Assembly: GCF_963921235.1 (NCBI RefSeq)
Contig: NC_086107.1
Coordinates: 97,094,001 to 97,158,000 of the forward strand
Direction: 5' to 3'
Source: Mobula hypostoma
Taxonomy: Eukaryota
DNA: 64,000 bases
Positions 60,081 through 64,000 of the stretch are shown here, piece by piece (the stretch's first letter is position 1; every line of letters begins with the position of its first letter). The notes below the pieces were generated by a model that was not told the origin of the DNA, did no database searches, and saw only the letters and a list, made by a program, of their open reading frames with translations. A program made the translations under genes and the position numbers.

Positions 60081-61097
60081 GAACAGAATGCTACAGTACA
60101 GCACTAGAAGAGGCCTTTTGGCCCACAATGCTCTGCCAAACTAATTAAACTAGTTAACAAATGCCTAACTAATCCCCTCTGTCCACACAATGTCCCTCTG
60201 TTCACTGTATTTGCTTATCAAAGAACCTTTTAAACACTTTGATTGTATTTGCCTCCACCACCAACATTGGTAGCAATTCCAGGCACCAGCTCTCTACAAA
60301 AAAAACTTGCCCTCCACCTATTCTTTGATTTCACCTCCTCTCACCTAGTCTGAGGCATCTTGATCCTGGTAAATAGATAATGGCTGTCTATCCCCTCTAT
60401 GCCTCTCATAATCTTATAAGCGTCTCTCAGGTCTCCCTTAAGCCTCTGCCACTCCAGAGAAAACAACCCAAGTTTGTCCAAACTCTCCTTATGTCATTTA
60501 ATCCAGACAGCCTTCTTGTAAACATCTTCTGCACCTTCTCCGAAGCCTCCATATCCTTCTATAATGGGGCAACCAGAATAAAATGCAATACTTCACGTGC
60601 TGTCTTTGCAACATGGCTTTGTGACTCTTGAACTCAGTACCTTGGCTAAGAAAGGTGAAAGCCATATGCCTTATTCACCACCCTATTAACTTGTGCAGCC
60701 ATTTTCAGGGCTGCTATGGACTCGCTGTCTCTGTACATCAACACCATTAAGGGTCTTGCTGCTAACGGTGCATTGTCCCTTTTACATTTGATCTCACAAA
60801 GCGCATCACTCATATGCGCTGGTTCAAGGTCCATCACCTTATATCTGCAACTGATCTATATCTCACTGCATCTTTTGGCAAGCTTCTACATTATCCCACA
60901 ATACCACTAGTCTTTGTACCGTCTGCAAACGTATTAACTAATGCATCCATGTTTTCATCCCAAGTAATTTCTGTCACAAATAACAGGGGTCCCAGCATTG
61001 ATCCCTGCGGAACAAAGCAGTGACAGACCTCCAGCCATAATAAATCCCATTCATCATTGCCCTCTATGTTCTAAGAACCAGCCAAATTTGAATCCAA

Positions 61098-61460
61098 ACA
61101 CGAGGAATTCTGCAGATACTGGAAATTCAAGCAACACACATCAAAGTTGCTGGTGAACACAGCGGGCTAGGCAACATCTCTAGGAAGAGGTACAGTCGAC
61201 TTTTTGGGCCAAGACTCTTCGTCAGGACTAACTAAAAGAAGAGCTAGTAAGAGATTTGGAAGTGGGAGGGGGAGGGGGAGATCCGATATGATAGGAGAAG
61301 ACAGGGGGGGAGGGATCGGATCTCCCCCTCTCCCTCCCACTTTCAAATCTCTTACTAGCTTTTCTTTCAGTTAGTCCTGACGAAGGGTCTCGGCCCGAAA
61401 CGTCGACTGTACCTCTTCCTAGAGATGCTGCCTGGCCTGCTGCGTTCACCAGCAACTTTG
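61098..61460. mobile_element. Palindromic PLE pseudo-LTR mini-element
   Basis: Inverted pLTR arms; TSD AAATTTGAATCCAA/AAAGTTGAATCCAA (61084-61097, 61461-61474). Confidence 0.9.
61371..61410 (+). ncRNA. Minimal type I hammerhead ribozyme motif
   Basis: TTAGTC-CTGACGA-AGGGTCTCGGCCC-GAAA-CG-TC-GACTGT; the minus-arm partner (61192-61231) has lost GAAAC. Confidence 0.8.
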
Positions 61461-61889
61461 AAAGTTGAATCCAAGCCTCTTAACCTTCTGGATGAGCCTA
61501 CAGTGAGGGATCTTGTTAAACATCTTCCTAAAATCTAAGTAGATAGCGTCCACAGCTCTACTTTCAATCAGATAATCTGCTCAGATCCAAGTCATTGATA
61601 ATCTAATTTTGGGCAATCCTTGGTGGACCATCCATCAGCTTTCCTGCACTCGCATACGAATGGCCGAACGGAGCTGAGCAGATGAATGATTCCTCTCCTA
61701 ATGTCACAATTGCTAGAACGGGTGTTGGACAAGCTGTTGCTGGCAGAGAAATATAGTTTGAGAAACAAGTTTTAACATTGTTCCTTTGCCGAGAATTAGG
61801 TCATCTCCCATTTATTTAACCATGTACATGTCTGACGTACTGTGGCTGAATCAATACCCAACCCAAATGTGTTGCGTATACCCTCCAAA

Positions 61890-62208
61890 TGGAGTTATTT
61901 ATTTTTCATTCATTTATGGGATGTGGGCATCACCAGTTAGGCCAGCTTTTATTGCACATCCTTATTTTTAAGAGTCAACCATTGCTGTGGATCTGGGCCA
62001 GAGCAGGTAAGGATGGCAGGATTCCTCCCCTAAAGGACATTAGCGAACCAGATGGGTTTTTACGACAATCAACATGGTTTCATGATAAACAGATTTTTGT
62101 TTATTGAATTCAAATTCACCATCTGCCCAGATGGGATCCGAACTCCTGTCCCCAGCGTATAACTGGGTCTCTGGATTACTGATCCAGTGGTGATTACCAC
62201 TGCGCCAC
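61890..62208 (-). mobile_element. tRNA-derived SINE with LINE-type tail
   Basis: Minus strand A-box TGGCGCAGTGG and B-box GTTCGGATCC; tail GCAATAAAAGCTGGCC...GCCCACATCCCATAAATGAATGAAAA. Confidence 0.75.
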
Positions 62209-63453
62209 ATCATAGAAAAGAAACGTGGGCTCTTGTAGTCAAGCATTCTCAGTCCGGTGACCAAGAGTGCAGTCCACCCTAATTATTAAAAATTCCTGGC
62301 TGCAATATATTCACCTTTGGCCTTCTTTAATTGCTAACGAGAAGATGATGATGAGGCAAAGCCTTTCCGGTGGAGACTCTCCCACAGTGATGTTGGGGTA
62401 GGAGTTCCAGAACTGACACCCAGTTACGCTGAAGGGCCAGCAACATATTTAGAGGTCAGGTAGTGTAACTTGGAGATGAAATTGGTGGCAGTGGAGTACC
62501 CATAGCCTTACTCTTCTTTCCTTCTTGGTGGTAGAAGTCAGAAGTTTGGGAATACGTCCAAAATATGTAATGCATCGCTGTAGCTACTGTGCACTGTTTG
62601 ATGGTGGGAATGTTTGATAAGATCTCATTCAAGTAGGTTCCTTTGTCCTGGATGCTGTTGCAGTTGCATTCATCCAGCAAAGTGGAGAGCATTCTATCAG
62701 ACTCCAAACTTGTGCCTTGTTCGCTCGGAATGACAGGAATTAAGTCAGGATATCCAGCCTCATACCTGTTCTTGGAGTCAAGTATTTGTGTAACAGGTCT
62801 GATTGAGATACAAATGATTTAAACTTATTGTTGTTATCGGTATACACACTTAATGTGTAAATGCCATGAAAATTTAGTGTCTTGAAGCAGCACAGTACAC
62901 AAGATAAGGACGAACATAAGTTAATTTAAGTTGTACACACCTTGCACATCTGCAAAGTAAACAACAAAATAAACAGAACAGTGCTGGTGCAAGATTGAGA
63001 AAGAGAAAACAATTATTGTCCTAGGTAGGGTTGGGGATCTTCATGTCAGTTCATGAACCTGGTAGCAATGGATAAGAAGCTGTTGTTGAACCTTGAGGTG
63101 TAGGTCTTCTGGCTCCTGTATCTCACTTTCAAGGACACTTCATCTCATGCTCTCGATATTTATTGCTAATTTATTGATTATTATTATGTGTTTGCTTTTG
63201 TATTTGCACAGTTTGTTGTTGTTGTCTCCTGAACATTGAGTGAACACCCAAGGGTGTGGTCTTTCATTGATTCCATTATGGTTATTATTCTATTATGCAT
63301 TTATTGAGTGTACATACAAGGAAATGAATCTCAGGGTTGTACATGGTGACATATATGTACTTTAATAATACATTCACTTTGAACTTTGACTACTACCCTT
63401 TGATAGCACTGAGAAGTTGAGAATCTCTGATGATGGATGCTGCCATCCTAAAA

Positions 63454-64000
63454 TTAGATTAGATTAGATTATGAGGACACGCAGTCCTCTTTTATTGTCA
63501 TTTAGTAATGCGTGCATTAAGAAATGATACAATATTCCTCCAGTGTGATATCACAGAAACACAGGACAGACCAAGACTGAAAAACTAACAAAAACCACAT
63601 AACTATAACATATAGTTACAACAGTGCAACAATACCATAACTTGCTGAAGAACAGGCCATGGCACAGTAAAAAAGTTCAAAGTCTCTCGAAAGTCACACA
63701 TCTCACACAGACGGGAGAAGGAAGAAAACTCTCCGAGCCATGCCCGACCACAGTCCGACTCTGAGTCGTCCAAAAACTTCGAGCTCTGATCAGCCCTCTG
63801 ACATCAAGTACCGAGCACCATCTCTATCCGAACACTTCGACCTCAGCCTTGGTCGCCAGCAGCAGGCAAAGCCGGGGATTTTGGGGCCTTCCTTCCGGAG
63901 ATTCTTGATCGCACAGTAGCAGCAGCAGTGAACTGGGCATTTCAGAAATTTCTCCAGATGTTCCTCTGCTTCTCACGTCTGTCTCCATCAAATCAGAATT
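63454..64000 (-). mobile_element. Family A element (runs off window end)
   Basis: (TTAGA)3 tail; perfect GAGGAC/GTCCTC stem (63473-63489); colinear with 12496-13122. Confidence 0.9.

Larger units (their letters stand above)
60082..61570 (-). mobile_element. Second decayed CR1 fragment
   Basis: New 3' end at ~60082 (TACAGCACTAGAAGAGGCC); antisense VPQGSMLGPLLF and AQVNRVVNKAYG motifs. Confidence 0.8.

Noticed and set aside
61192..61231. Functional hammerhead on the minus arm (also ~35195, ~36660-36695, ~40460)
   Set aside because: Core nucleotides are mutated, for example GAAAC to AAAAA at 61201-61205, so they are not listed as ncRNA.

Overview
This is eukaryotic, repeat-dominated DNA. It is most likely intergenic or intronic sequence from a cartilaginous fish such as a ray or shark; this is inferred from an HE1-like V-SINE plus dense CR1, Rex1/Babar and Penelope content. 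I cannot support any host protein-coding exon, rRNA, true tRNA gene or CRISPR array. Every recognisable ORF is a transposon remnant or an antisense by-product of one. Most of the window is nested mobile DNA: CR1 LINEs (two near full-length), Rex1/Babar LINEs, Penelope-like elements (PLEs), L1/Tx1 and L2 ends, RTE-derived non-autonomous elements, tRNA-derived SINEs, Gypsy-type solo LTRs, a Sushi-like remnant and a Tc1-type MITE. The best leads are three. (i) Recurrent TSD-flanked, head-to-head palindromic PLE pseudo-LTR (pLTR) mini-elements carrying minimal hammerhead ribozyme motifs, on both strands in the best copy. (ii) A ~620-670 bp non-coding retroelement family with six copies, a CpG-rich head, a 3' stem-loop and a (TAATC)n tail. 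(iii) A MITE whose two ends are each palindromes. Family names come from motif recognition by eye, not database searches. Boundaries without a stated TSD are approximate.
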